This document shows positions 12,272 through 22,093 of a stretch of 64,000 nucleotides of DNA, one piece after another. Position 1 is the first letter of the stretch; the number at the start of each line of letters is the position of its first letter. The DNA comes from an uncultured delta proteobacterium (GTDB lineage: Bacteria > Desulfobacterota > Desulfobaccia > Desulfobaccales > 0-14-0-80-60-11), in assembly GCA_963812015.1 (NCBI GenBank), contig CAWETI010000003.1, positions 1,728,001 through 1,792,000 of the forward strand, written 5' to 3'. The position numbers were made by a program, and so were the translations under genes. The notes under the pieces are model-generated. The model was not told the origin of the DNA, made no database searches, and saw only the letters and a program-made list of their open reading frames with translations.

Positions 12272-13810
12272 TCAGTCCACCGCTTTGATGCGCCCATCCA
12301 CTTTGGGGACGATGGTTTTCCGGGCCTTGATGGCGGCGATCACCAGATCCCGCAGCCAGGTGCCGGGATCATTATAGGCCAGATTGCTACTGGTGAGTGC
12401 ACCCCCCAGGTTGGCATAATCGCCGGCGCCTTTGAGGGCCTCGCCGAAGACCGTATAACCGTCACCCCCGGCAGCCAAATAATCATTGGTGGCCACCACG
12501 TATACTTTCTGCGGTTCCAGAGGCTTACCCCCGACCGTTACGTCTTTAACCCGGGAGCCCACCGGGGCGCTGCGGCTGTAGGTGAAGGTAAGACCCGATA
12601 CCTGGGGGAAACAGCCGGCTGGCTCCTCCAGGCGGGAGACCCCATATTGCAGGGCCTGTTGGAGCTGCGCCCCGGTCAACTTGATGGCCACCAGGTAGTT
12701 GTCAAAGGGGAGCGCCGCATAGATGTCTTTCACTTCGATTTGGCCCTGCGCAATGCCGGTTCTGATACTGCCGCCGTTGATGAGCGCGGCATCGGCCCTG
12801 GCAGCCTGCCGCATGATATCAGCGATAAAATCGCCCAGGTTGGTTTCGTTGGTTCTCACCTGTTGTCCGTCCAGGTCCACCTGGGCCTCGCCGATAACCT
12901 GATTCAATTTGCCGGCAACCTGGCCCTCATAGCGGGCCACAATCTCCTGGACCTGGGGGTTCGCCTTCCCGTTGGCTGAACTGATTTCCTGGAGGCCACC
13001 CTTGGACTTGACGATTTTTCCACCTATTACTTCCAGGTCCAGAACCCCCAGGGCCTTGGCGTGTTCCCAAGCCTGGACGATGATGGTCTGGCCCACCAAC
13101 TCCGGGTAGAGAATCTTGCTATGGGAATGGCCTCCGACGATGACATCAATACCAGGAACCCTGGCGGCCAGTTCCCGGTCCGCCTGATAGCCGCAGTGCG
13201 ATAGGACGACAATGAGATCGGCCTTGCATTTGAGTTCCGGCAGATACTTCCGGACGGCGCTCTCCGGGGTGCTAAAGGTCAGGCCCGCCACATTCCGGGG
13301 ATGGGTGGCGACCGGGGTATCCTGGGTGACTACGCCGATGATGGCGATTCTAACCCCTTGGAGATTCTTGATCACATAGGGCTTCAGGCACGGCAAGCCC
13401 CCCACGTTGGCTCCCAGCACGGGAAATTTGGCCTGGGCGATCCTCTCTTTCAGCGTCTTAAGCCCAAAATCAAACTCATGGTTGCCTACCACCATGGCAT
13501 CGAACCTCATGGCGTTCATCACCTCAATGACGGATCGGCCCTGAAAAAGATTGGCCCAGGAGTTCCCCTGGATCATATCGCCTGCTGCCAGCAACAAGGA
13601 CGGCAGGTTTCGGCGTTCCCGGGCTACGGCCCCCGCCAGATAGGCGATCCCCCCCAGGGGCGCCTCGCTGCCGGTTGGCTTATACGGTTCGGCAAACCCG
13701 TGAAAATCATTGACATAAAGGATTCTCAGGTCGACCGGGCCCGCCTGAGCCCAGGGCGCCAGGCTTATAACCAGGAAAATGCTGATAAAGGCTATCCAGA
13801 ATTTTTTCAT
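12272..13810 (-). CDS. Secreted 5'-nucleotidase / UshA-CpdB-family bifunctional metallophosphatase
   Basis: Signal peptide MKKFW..AQA; NDFHG, AGD, GNHEFDFG, GGHSH, INGGSIR and FPQVSG motifs. Confidence 0.93.
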   Translation of the reverse strand: MKKFWIAFISIFLVISLAPWAQAGPVDLRILYVNDFHGFAEPYKPTGSEAPLGGIAYLAGAVARERRNLPSLLLAAGDMIQGNSWANLFQGRSVIEVMNAMRFDAMVVGNHEFDFGLKTLKERIAQAKFPVLGANVGGLPCLKPYVIKNLQGVRIAIIGVVTQDTPVATHPRNVAGLTFSTPESAVRKYLPELKCKADLIVVLSHCGYQADRELAARVPGIDVIVGGHSHSKILYPELVGQTIIVQAWEHAKALGVLDLEVIGGKIVKSKGGLQEISSANGKANPQVQEIVARYEGQVAGKLNQVIGEAQVDLDGQQVRTNETNLGDFIADIMRQAARADAALINGGSIRTGIAQGQIEVKDIYAALPFDNYLVAIKLTGAQLQQALQYGVSRLEEPAGCFPQVSGLTFTYSRSAPVGSRVKDVTVGGKPLEPQKVYVVATNDYLAAGGDGYTVFGEALKGAGDYANLGGALTSSNLAYNDPGTWLRDLVIAAIKARKTIVPKVDGRIKAVD

Positions 13811-14241
13811 GCTCACCTCTCGGAAAAGCCGCCGGGTCGGCGCATGGGTGACTTCACCGGGGAGAGGCCGGGAATTCCCCATGGTTTGATGAAGATGGCG
13901 GCTGGCAGTTAAGCGGGATAAGCAATCGGATTCGGCCCCGCCCTCCCCGCCCCCTGGTAACGGTTTTTTTTAGAGAAACCGAAGGATATTCATTTCAAAG
14001 ACCTATACCCTTAGCGATGCTCAGGCTGCAAGGGAAAACCGCTTTTGAAATAGTTTTTAGTATAGTAGATTATCTAACGTTTAAGGAGGCAATCTTTCCC
14101 TACCCCTCACCCCGAATCCCGCGCCCAGATAATGCTTCAGGTGGGATCGAAACTGTGGTATATGCACTCAAGACAGCGATGACGGGGCGGCCGTCCCTCA
14201 GCCTGGGGAAACCGCCGGATTTTTATCGCGGGAGAACCTCG

Positions 14242-14817
14242 ATGGCCCAGGATAATCCTTCGACCCAGGATATGCAGAGTGTTTTGACGGAAGAGTTCTT
14301 CTATTTTTTCCTGAGATTGCGCAAAACTCGCGTCCGCAAGGTGGTGGAAGCCATCCAGGCCCGCTTCCCCGCGGAAACCCCGGAGGAGCTGGCTCGGCGG
14401 CTCATTAGCGCCCAAACCCAGCTATCTTTTCTGGGGGGCACCCTCCTGCATTTGCCCTTCCTGATTCCCGGCCTGGGGCAGACCCTTCAATTGCTCGGCT
14501 TCGTCGGCGGCGCCTCGTGCCTCACCCGCATGCACCTCTATCTCATTTTGGAAATTGCCCTCGTCTATGGCCAGGACATTGACGACCAGGCCCGCGTCCC
14601 CGAGATGGTGGCGGTAGTCGCCGCCACGGGGTTGGCGGCCTCCACTCCCCTCGTACTCAATGCCTTGGACCTGAACCCCCTGTTGGCTCTGCCCGCGGCA
14701 GGCCTGACGGCCTCTACGGTGGCGCGGCTCATCGGTGAACAAGCCATTCACTTCTACGGCGAGGCCCTGGGAGCGTCCAAGCCGTCCGTGGCATTTTCTG
14801 CTCAGTCCATGGACTGA
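14242..14817 (+). CDS. EcsC-like hypothetical protein
   Basis: GGAG RBS; ETPEELARRLI...LILEIALVYGQD pattern. Confidence 0.6.
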   Translation: MAQDNPSTQDMQSVLTEEFFYFFLRLRKTRVRKVVEAIQARFPAETPEELARRLISAQTQLSFLGGTLLHLPFLIPGLGQTLQLLGFVGGASCLTRMHLYLILEIALVYGQDIDDQARVPEMVAVVAATGLAASTPLVLNALDLNPLLALPAAGLTASTVARLIGEQAIHFYGEALGASKPSVAFSAQSMD

Positions 14818-14937
14818 GCCTACCACCCCCCGGTAAAAATATCTTCCCGCCTTATGACCCCTGCATTTGATCGGAGCGAGACGCCCGGCCACGATAATCC
14901 CCCGGGGATCTCATTACAAGGTATGCTCCTGCAGGCT

Positions 14938-14999
14938 ATTTCAAAACCCTGATTAAAAGAGAATTGTCATTTCAGGATGACAAAAACAGGTTTTGAAAT
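14938..14999. repeat. Collapsed copy of the gtcat...atgac hairpin element
   Basis: ttgtcat-ttcagg-atgacaa inside atttcaaaacc/ggttttgaaat; shares ends and flank with 54818-54909. Confidence 0.5.
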
Positions 15000-15129
15000 G
15001 CTTTAAAAAAAGGCGATTTTGTTGCAAGGAAGCAATTCCAGGCGTCCAATCCGGAATGAAAAAGCACCTGGGCTGAAGGGGATTGAGCCTCGGGTTTTAG
15101 CCCCGGTTCAGGCCTGAGATCATGACAGC

Positions 15130-16311
15130 TTAGCTAATCTCGGCGTCGGTTAGGTAGCAGGCGGGGTCCGGGGCCCAGAGGTCCCCGGTGAGGGCTTCGG
15201 CCCGAACCCGGAAGTTGCCGCCGCAGATGTCCAGCCATTTGCAGCCGGCGCAACGGCCGGTGACGTAGCGCTTCTTGTCTTTGAGGCGGGCCATGAGGGG
15301 ATTGGTCAGATCCGTCCAGATCTCGCTAAAAGGGCGCTCCCGGACGTTGCCGAAGGACTCGTGGCGCCAAAACTGGTCAGCGTGGACTTGGCCGTCCCAA
15401 CTGACGCAGCCGATACCGCGGCCCGAGTTATTCCCTTCGTTCATTTTCAATAGTTCCAGGACTTCCGCGGCCCGGGCCGGGTTTTCCTTGAGCAGTTTGA
15501 GGTAGATGTAGGGGCCGTCGGCGTGGTTGTCCACCGTCAGCACTTCCACGCTCCGGCCCGAGTCAAAGAGGCGCCGGGTGCGGGCGCAGATCAGATCCAC
15601 CAGTTCCCGGGTTTGCCCGTGGGAGAGCGCCTCTTCCACCAGCTTGCTGCCCCGGCCGGCATAGACCAGGTGGTAGAAGCAGATACGGGGAATGTCATAC
15701 TCTTCCACCAGGTCGAAGATGGCCGGCACTTCCTGGAAATTGAGACGGCTCACCGTAAAGCGCAGTCCCACCTTGAGCCCCATCTCCTGGCAGTGGCGCA
15801 CCCCTGCCATCGCCGCGGCAAAGGCCCCGGGGACCCCCCGGAACCGGTCGTGGGTGGCGGCGGTGCCGTCCAGGCTGATGCCCACGTAAGACAGGCCCAG
15901 GTCCCGCAATTGCCGGGCTCTCTCCCGGTCAATGAGGGTGCCGTTGGTGGAAATCACCGCCCGCGTGCCCTGGGCTACGGTCGCCTCCACCAGTTCCGGG
16001 AGGTCCGGCCGCATCAGGGGCTCACCCCCGGAAAATAACACCACCGGGACGCCGAAATCTTTCAGGTTCCGAAGCAGGGCCAGACCTTCAGCAAAGCCCA
16101 GTTCATCCGGTGCCGCGCCCGCCGTGGCCTTGGCGTAGCAGTGGAGGCACTTGAGGTTGCACTGCTTGGTGACATTCCAGACCACCACCGGCTTCTTGTC
16201 GGCGGAAAACTGGAGCAGGTGGGACGGCAGGTCCCGGGCCCGGCGGTCCCGGTAACGCAGCACATCCCCCGCTTCCACCGCGCCGCAATAGAGCTTGGAG
16301 ACTCCGATCAT
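15130..16311 (-). CDS. ahbC: 12,18-didecarboxysiroheme deacetylase (AhbC/NirJ1 radical SAM)
   Basis: MIGVSKLYCG N-terminus, HLLQFSADKKPVVVWN, CNLKCLHC, VLTVDNHADG, SPASM cysteines, DPACYL. Confidence 0.9.
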   Translation of the reverse strand: MIGVSKLYCGAVEAGDVLRYRDRRARDLPSHLLQFSADKKPVVVWNVTKQCNLKCLHCYAKATAGAAPDELGFAEGLALLRNLKDFGVPVVLFSGGEPLMRPDLPELVEATVAQGTRAVISTNGTLIDRERARQLRDLGLSYVGISLDGTAATHDRFRGVPGAFAAAMAGVRHCQEMGLKVGLRFTVSRLNFQEVPAIFDLVEEYDIPRICFYHLVYAGRGSKLVEEALSHGQTRELVDLICARTRRLFDSGRSVEVLTVDNHADGPYIYLKLLKENPARAAEVLELLKMNEGNNSGRGIGCVSWDGQVHADQFWRHESFGNVRERPFSEIWTDLTNPLMARLKDKKRYVTGRCAGCKWLDICGGNFRVRAEALTGDLWAPDPACYLTDAEIS

Positions 16312-16319
16312 GAGACGGC

Positions 16320-18071
16320 CTACTCCCTGAACAGGCTGGTTTGGTAATGTTCCCGAATGACCCGGTTGAGATAGGCGTCCAGGTCGCAGAGGGCTTCCCG
16401 GGTCAGGAGAAACTGGTCCTGAGAGGTGCGGTCCCTCACCAGTTTCAGGGCGTATTCCAGGTCCTTGGCCATCTCCTGGCAAATGGCCAGGGCCGAGGTG
16501 TCACGGGCCACGGCCTGCCGGAGGATCTCATCCGTGGCCTCCGGGTCGAAATGCAGCTCGATCCCGTGGGTGTCCAGAAACTTCTCCTCAAAAAGGTGCA
16601 CCTGGTCATGGAGCCGGGCCATTTCTTCAAACGCGGTTTTCAAGTCGCAGTCCCAGTGATGGTACTGATCAGCCAGTAATTCCGCCCGGGCCTCGGTGAG
16701 CGGCAGGTGATACCGGTACAGCAACTCCGATTCCCTTCTCCAGATAGACTGCTGCAAAATCTCCCGTTCCTTTGCCGCCGCCTGGGTGAATCTCGTCTTG
16801 AGATCGGGGTCCTCGGGGTTAGCCAACAGGCGTTCCAGTTCCTCTGCGGCGTGGTCCACCAGTTCCGGCGTGACCACCAATTCCATGACCTGGGTGGAGG
16901 GCAGCCGCTTCTCGAATTGGATGAGGACGCGTTCGATGACGCTCACCAGGCCCCGTGCCCCGGTTTTCTCCAGGGCGGCCCGTTCCGCCAGCATCCGCAA
17001 TGCTTCGTCCTCAAAAACGATGTCGATGCCGTAAGCCCGAAAGTCCCGCTTTTTGCTGGTGATGATGGGATTGTTGGGGTTGTGCAGGATATCATAGAGG
17101 TCCGTGGCCGTAAGTTCCTCCAGCACCGCGATTACCGGCAGGCGGCCCACGAATTCAGATTCAAACCCATAGTTGATCAAGTCTTCCGCGCTCACCTGTT
17201 TGAGGAAGGTCCGGTCATGTTCCCGGGAAGTCATCTCGCCCCGGAAGCCGATCTCTTGCTTGCTGATCCGCTCCTTGACGATCTTGTCCAGGCCAGTGAA
17301 AGCGCCACTGACGATAAATAGGATGTGGCGGGTGTTCAGGGTGCGCTTATCCTTTTTGCCGGTGCGGCGGTAGTGCTCGATGGCCTGAATCTGGGAGACC
17401 GGGTCATGGGCCACCTTCAGGTCCACCTCGGTCTCTTCCATGGGCTTCAACAAGGCCCGCTGGACCCCGGTGCGCGACACATCCGGTCCGCCCCAGGCGT
17501 GGCCGGTGGAGGCGATCTTGTCGATTTCGTCGATATAGATGATGCCGTATTGGGCCAGTTCCAGGTCGTCGCCCGCCGCGTAAACCAGGTCCCGGACCAG
17601 GTCTTCCACATCACCGCCTACGTAGCCGGTTTCGCTGAACTTGGTGGCATCGCCCTTGATGAACGGCACGCCGATTTTCTTGGCAATGAGTTTGACCAGG
17701 TAAGTCTTGCCCACCCCGGTGGGCCCGACCAGGATGATGTTGTTTTTGATGGACCCCACCCCGGGTTCCGGGTCCCTTCCTAATTCCAGGGAATGGCGGA
17801 TCCGATTGAAATGGGTGCAAACTTTAGTCGCCAGGATGCTCTTGGCCAGATCCTGCTTGATCACGTACTCATCAAGATAAGCTTCCAACTCCTCCGGTTT
17901 CAGATCGAATTTAATTCGGCTGAGTTTGGCGCCGGTGCCCTGACCGTCGTCGTCCTTCTCCGGTTTGGCAATCCAATGCGGCGCCAGCACTTTAATCCGG
18001 CTGCCATATTTCTTGGTGAGGTAATCGCTCAGTTCTTTTTCCAGCTCTTTGGGGTCGGGGATTTTTTCCAT
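16320..18071 (-). CDS. ClpX-like AAA+ ATPase without zinc-binding domain, with a long C-terminal extension
   Basis: GPTGVGKT, DATKFSETGYVGGDVE, IYIDEIDKI, IGF loop, [14 protein letters not shown]. Confidence 0.88.
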   Translation of the reverse strand: MEKIPDPKELEKELSDYLTKKYGSRIKVLAPHWIAKPEKDDDGQGTGAKLSRIKFDLKPEELEAYLDEYVIKQDLAKSILATKVCTHFNRIRHSLELGRDPEPGVGSIKNNIILVGPTGVGKTYLVKLIAKKIGVPFIKGDATKFSETGYVGGDVEDLVRDLVYAAGDDLELAQYGIIYIDEIDKIASTGHAWGGPDVSRTGVQRALLKPMEETEVDLKVAHDPVSQIQAIEHYRRTGKKDKRTLNTRHILFIVSGAFTGLDKIVKERISKQEIGFRGEMTSREHDRTFLKQVSAEDLINYGFESEFVGRLPVIAVLEELTATDLYDILHNPNNPIITSKKRDFRAYGIDIVFEDEALRMLAERAALEKTGARGLVSVIERVLIQFEKRLPSTQVMELVVTPELVDHAAEELERLLANPEDPDLKTRFTQAAAKEREILQQSIWRRESELLYRYHLPLTEARAELLADQYHHWDCDLKTAFEEMARLHDQVHLFEEKFLDTHGIELHFDPEATDEILRQAVARDTSALAICQEMAKDLEYALKLVRDRTSQDQFLLTREALCDLDAYLNRVIREHYQTSLFRE

Positions 18072-18233
18072 AGGATTGTTAGTCTGGCCGGCCAGCGCCG
18101 TAAGGGCCAGCCCGCCTGGTTATTTTTTAAATTATAACCATTATGTCCCGGGGGTTGCAACCTTAGCCGCAAAACGCCTGACATTGAATATATTTGTAAT
18201 AATGCCGATTAGAGTTTCACGGTGGAGGTTGCC

Positions 18234-18521
18234 ATGGACGGATTCGAAGAGATATTACGCCGCAAAGGGTTGCCGGTGGTAGGCACTGTGGTACGCTGCC
18301 GGAGAAGCAACTCCTTGTGGCGGGTTATGGAACGGGAAGTGTGGCGCCAGGTTGAACACGACCCGGAAACTGATGAGGAACAGGTGATTCCCACGTTCTA
18401 CCTCAGTTTCTGGCGTATTGAAGCCGGGATGCCCCCGGGGGTAGGCCAAATGTTGGGACATCTTTATTATCTCAACGATAACTCGTTCGAGGCCAATTGG
18501 GAGATCCTCACCTACCACTGA
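18234..18521 (+). CDS. Hypothetical protein
   Basis: GGAGG RBS; globular-looking 95-aa ORF. Confidence 0.65.
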   Translation: MDGFEEILRRKGLPVVGTVVRCRRSNSLWRVMEREVWRQVEHDPETDEEQVIPTFYLSFWRIEAGMPPGVGQMLGHLYYLNDNSFEANWEILTYH

Positions 18522-18798
18522 CTCTCGGCGAAAAGTTTTGGGATTGTATGGGCACCCTGCCGGACATCTCCCTTGAGGTGGGCCCTGCAATTCCTCCCCT
18601 ATGACCGAAAGCATGGTTACTCCGGTTATCTCTTCCCTCGCCAAGATGTCCCCATCGCTCCTCCATGACGATAAGCCGAATCCTGGCGTTTTTCCTCTAA
18701 AGAATAGTTGACCCGCCTTCAACTTCGGCCCACAATAAATATACCAGGTAAATTGCCGGTAGCCGTCGAACCGCGGTTCACTTTGACCCGGGAGGAAT

Positions 18799-19392
18799 AT
18801 GGATTTGTCTTTCCTGAAAGCCCTGGCCCAGGCCCGGCCCGATCCTGGGGGCGGCGCCGCCGCCGCCCATAGCGCCGCCTTGGGCATGGCCTTGCTGGAG
18901 AAAGTGGTCCAACTGGAGCACCGCCGCCGGGGGCCGGGGTCCAAGCTGAAATTTCCCTGGGGTGATCTCCTGGCCCGGGTGAACGTCGTGGCCGCCGCGC
19001 TCCTCCGGTTGCAGACAGAGGATGTCAAAGCCTATTTCCAGCTCAGCCGGGCCCGCACCCAAGGTGACCCCGAGGCGCTCTCGGCTGCCCTTGAGGAGGC
19101 GGTGGCCTGTCCATTAAGGATCATGCAGCAGGTCCAGGAGGGCTTCTGCTTAATTTACCAGGGCGGTTCCCGGTGCAAATTCCACCTGGTGTGCGACCTG
19201 CTGGTGGCCTGCGAGTTGCTGGGGGCAGCCTTCCGGGCCGCGCACCACATCGCCCGAGCCAACCTGCCCCTCATGCGGCCGGACGCCCGGCGCGCCGTCT
19301 GGGACGCGGACCTGACCCATACGCTGGCCGCCGTTGAGTCCGAGTTTCAGCAGGTGAGGGCCGAACTCCTGAAAAGGAAACCATGTCCCTGA
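18799..19392 (+). CDS. Formiminotransferase-cyclodeaminase/cyclohydrolase (FTCD_C) family protein
   Basis: FLKALA...PDPGGGAAAA, ED..AY, A..PL, DL.VA..LL.AA...ANL pattern. Confidence 0.8.
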   Translation: MDLSFLKALAQARPDPGGGAAAAHSAALGMALLEKVVQLEHRRRGPGSKLKFPWGDLLARVNVVAAALLRLQTEDVKAYFQLSRARTQGDPEALSAALEEAVACPLRIMQQVQEGFCLIYQGGSRCKFHLVCDLLVACELLGAAFRAAHHIARANLPLMRPDARRAVWDADLTHTLAAVESEFQQVRAELLKRKPCP

Positions 19393-20150
19393 TCATTGCC
19401 GCGGATAACCTCCATGTCCTCAATCCCGCCGTGGCCCAGACCCTCAATACCCTCAACCCCCGGCCTCTCCAGGAGCTGGCCCGGCGCTGTGAACAAGCCG
19501 GTGCCAATCTCCTCGACATCAACCCCGGGTTTTTGCCTCCCCGGCGCCACGATCGCATGGCCTTCATGGTGGAATCGGTGCAGCAGGTCACTAACCTGCG
19601 GCTCATCCTGGACAGTCCCGACGCCCAAGTCCTGGCCCGGGGACTGGCGGTGGCGAATAAGCCGCCCATCCTCAACGCTTGCACCCTGGAGGATGACAAG
19701 CTCCGGGAGATTTTGCCCCTGGCCGCGGCCCACCGGTCTGACCTGGTGCTCCTGTTACTGGACGCCCGGTCCTTCCCCCCGGCCTGGCTGGAAGGAAAAA
19801 TCACCCTGGCCCTGGAACTCCGGGAGCACGCCCTGGCCGCCGGCCTCACGGATCAACAGTTGATCTTCGACCCGGTCCTCCCCAACCTCTCCTGGCCCGA
19901 CGCCTGGGCCCAGATGGGCGAAGTTATCAAGACCGTGCGTCTTTTGCATGGGGGCGAAGTTTGGGAGGGGCCGGCCCGGACCATGGCGGGGCTCTCCAAC
20001 CTGAGGAGCGGCCTGCGCCACACCTACCCGGTGCGGATGGAGGAGACCGCGCTGGGCCTTTTGGCCGGAGCCGGGCTCAAGCTGGCTCTCCTGGATGTGC
20101 TGCAACCCGGACTGATGGAGACCGTCAGGGTTATCAACCAGGTGGTGTAA
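19383..20150 (+). CDS. Pterin-binding TIM barrel protein (AcsE/MetH methyltetrahydrofolate-binding family)
   Basis: IIAADNL, AGANLLDIN, LILDSPD, ILNA, LIFDPV, AGLSNLRSG. Confidence 0.8.
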   Translation: MSLIIAADNLHVLNPAVAQTLNTLNPRPLQELARRCEQAGANLLDINPGFLPPRRHDRMAFMVESVQQVTNLRLILDSPDAQVLARGLAVANKPPILNACTLEDDKLREILPLAAAHRSDLVLLLLDARSFPPAWLEGKITLALELREHALAAGLTDQQLIFDPVLPNLSWPDAWAQMGEVIKTVRLLHGGEVWEGPARTMAGLSNLRSGLRHTYPVRMEETALGLLAGAGLKLALLDVLQPGLMETVRVINQVV

Positions 20151-20332
20151 TTTTCCCTTTGGTCTTTCCAGTTAAAATTGTACAATTAATGTAAGGGCTT
20201 AATAACTCAATTTAAAAGCTTCGCCTCTCTCTATCCCCAAATAAGGGATTGGGGGAGGGGGAAAGGGCACTTACGAAAAAGCCCTCTGCCCCGGAAGCAA
20301 TCTCCACCAATCACCCAAGCGAGGGATCCTCT

Positions 20333-22015
20333 ATCCACCGTCCGTTAGGTAATCTCACCGGCTTAAAAACCCATCACTACCGGGCCTTAGAGCGGTTATA
20401 CCGCCGCAAGGTGCCGCCGGCCCAACTGCTTACCCCGGAGTTGGCCCGGCAATTGGCGGAAATCTCCGCCGAGATGCGCCGCCAAATCGGGGTCCTGGTG
20501 GACCGCCAGGGCGCGGTGGCCTATGTTATCGTGGGGGACGCCAAGGGCCTCCTCATCCCCACCCTGCCCCGGGAGCGCGGCGTCAAGGGCCGCCTCAAGG
20601 GCCTTAGGCTGATCCACACCCACCTGGACGCCAGCCCCTTGAGCCAGGATGACCTCATGGACCTGGCTTTGCTCCGACTGGACGCAGTGGCCGCCTTGAG
20701 CGTGGCCGACGGCCAGTCGGGCGCCCTCCAGGTGGCTCACCTCCTGCCTCAGCCGGTGGACGGCCAGAGTTGGGCCATCCTCAATGCCCGGCAGGTGGGT
20801 GCCCTGGAGCTGGATTTCGAAGCCCTGGTGGTTTCCCTGGAAGCGGAATTCTCCCGCCTGGCGCCAGCCGGTGCGGGCCACAGCCGGGAACGGGCCATTT
20901 TGATCGGCGTCACCGGGGCCAATCGCCTCGCGGCCGAGGATTCCCTGGAAGAGCTTACGGAACTGGCCCGCTCCGCCGGCCTGGAAGTGGCCGCCACCAT
21001 CATTCAGCGCCGCCCCCGGTTCGATCCCCGTTTCCTCATGGGCAAGGGCAAGCTTTCGGAACTGGTCGTCCAGGCCCTCCAAGTGGGGGCCGATATGCTG
21101 GTGTTCGACGCCGAGCTCAGCCCTTCCCAGGTGCGTTCCATCACGGACTTCACCGAACTCAAGGTCATCGACCGCACCCAGATCATTCTGGACCTCTTTG
21201 CCCAGCGGGCCCGCAGCCGGGAAGGCAAATTGCAGGTGGAAATGGCGCAGGTCAAATATCTCCTGCCCAGGCTGGTGGGCAAGGGCGACGCCCTGTCCCG
21301 GCTCATGGGGGGCATCGGCGGCCGGGGCCCCGGGGAGTCCAAGCTCGAGATGGACCGCCGCCGCCTGAGGGACCGCCTCCACCGGCTGCAGCAGGACCTC
21401 TCCCGGGTGGCCAACGAACGCCGGGAGCGCCGCCAACCCCGCCGCCGTCTGGGCCTGCCCATCCTCTCCATTATCGGCTATACCAACGCCGGGAAATCAA
21501 CCCTGTTCAATGCCCTGACCCACGCCGCGGTCCCGGCTGAAGACCGGCTCTTCGCCACTCTGGACCCCACCAGCCGGCGTCTCCGCTTCCCCAAGGAAAG
21601 GGAGGTCATCATTACGGATACGGTGGGGTTCATCAAAAACCTACCCAAGCATCTCCTGGAGGCCTTTAAGGCCACCCTGGAGGAACTGGAGGACGCCGAC
21701 CTCCTTATCCACGTGGTTGACCTGAGCAATCCCCGCTTCATCGAGCAGATGGCCGCAGTGGACGACATCCTGGCATCCCTGGCCCTCCAGGACAAGCCGG
21801 TGTTGATGGTTTTTAACAAGCGGGACCTGGTGGACCCCAACCTGGCGGCCCTGCAATGCCGCATCCACCGGGGGGTGGCCATCTCGGCCCTGGACGAATC
21901 CACCCTGCCACTCCTCATGGCCCGCCTGGAGGCCAAAGTGGAGGAGGTGCTGGCCCGCCGGGGGACCGGCCCCCCCAAGCCGGAGCCGACGTTTCAGGAC
22001 GCAGCCGTGGAATGA
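20333..22015 (+). CDS. hflX: Ribosome-splitting GTPase HflX (long form; start uncertain)
   Basis: DRTQIILDLFAQRARSREGKLQVE, GGRGPGESKLE, GYTNAGKST, LFATLDPT, DTVGF, NKRD. Confidence 0.95.
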   Translation: MHRPLGNLTGLKTHHYRALERLYRRKVPPAQLLTPELARQLAEISAEMRRQIGVLVDRQGAVAYVIVGDAKGLLIPTLPRERGVKGRLKGLRLIHTHLDASPLSQDDLMDLALLRLDAVAALSVADGQSGALQVAHLLPQPVDGQSWAILNARQVGALELDFEALVVSLEAEFSRLAPAGAGHSRERAILIGVTGANRLAAEDSLEELTELARSAGLEVAATIIQRRPRFDPRFLMGKGKLSELVVQALQVGADMLVFDAELSPSQVRSITDFTELKVIDRTQIILDLFAQRARSREGKLQVEMAQVKYLLPRLVGKGDALSRLMGGIGGRGPGESKLEMDRRRLRDRLHRLQQDLSRVANERRERRQPRRRLGLPILSIIGYTNAGKSTLFNALTHAAVPAEDRLFATLDPTSRRLRFPKEREVIITDTVGFIKNLPKHLLEAFKATLEELEDADLLIHVVDLSNPRFIEQMAAVDDILASLALQDKPVLMVFNKRDLVDPNLAALQCRIHRGVAISALDESTLPLLMARLEAKVEEVLARRGTGPPKPEPTFQDAAVE

Positions 22016-22093
22016 GCCGGCCGGGACCCGCCAGCCTAGTGTTGCGTCCCAGATATATCTTGCAAAAATATTTCCCCATGTTTGGGAGGTTTT

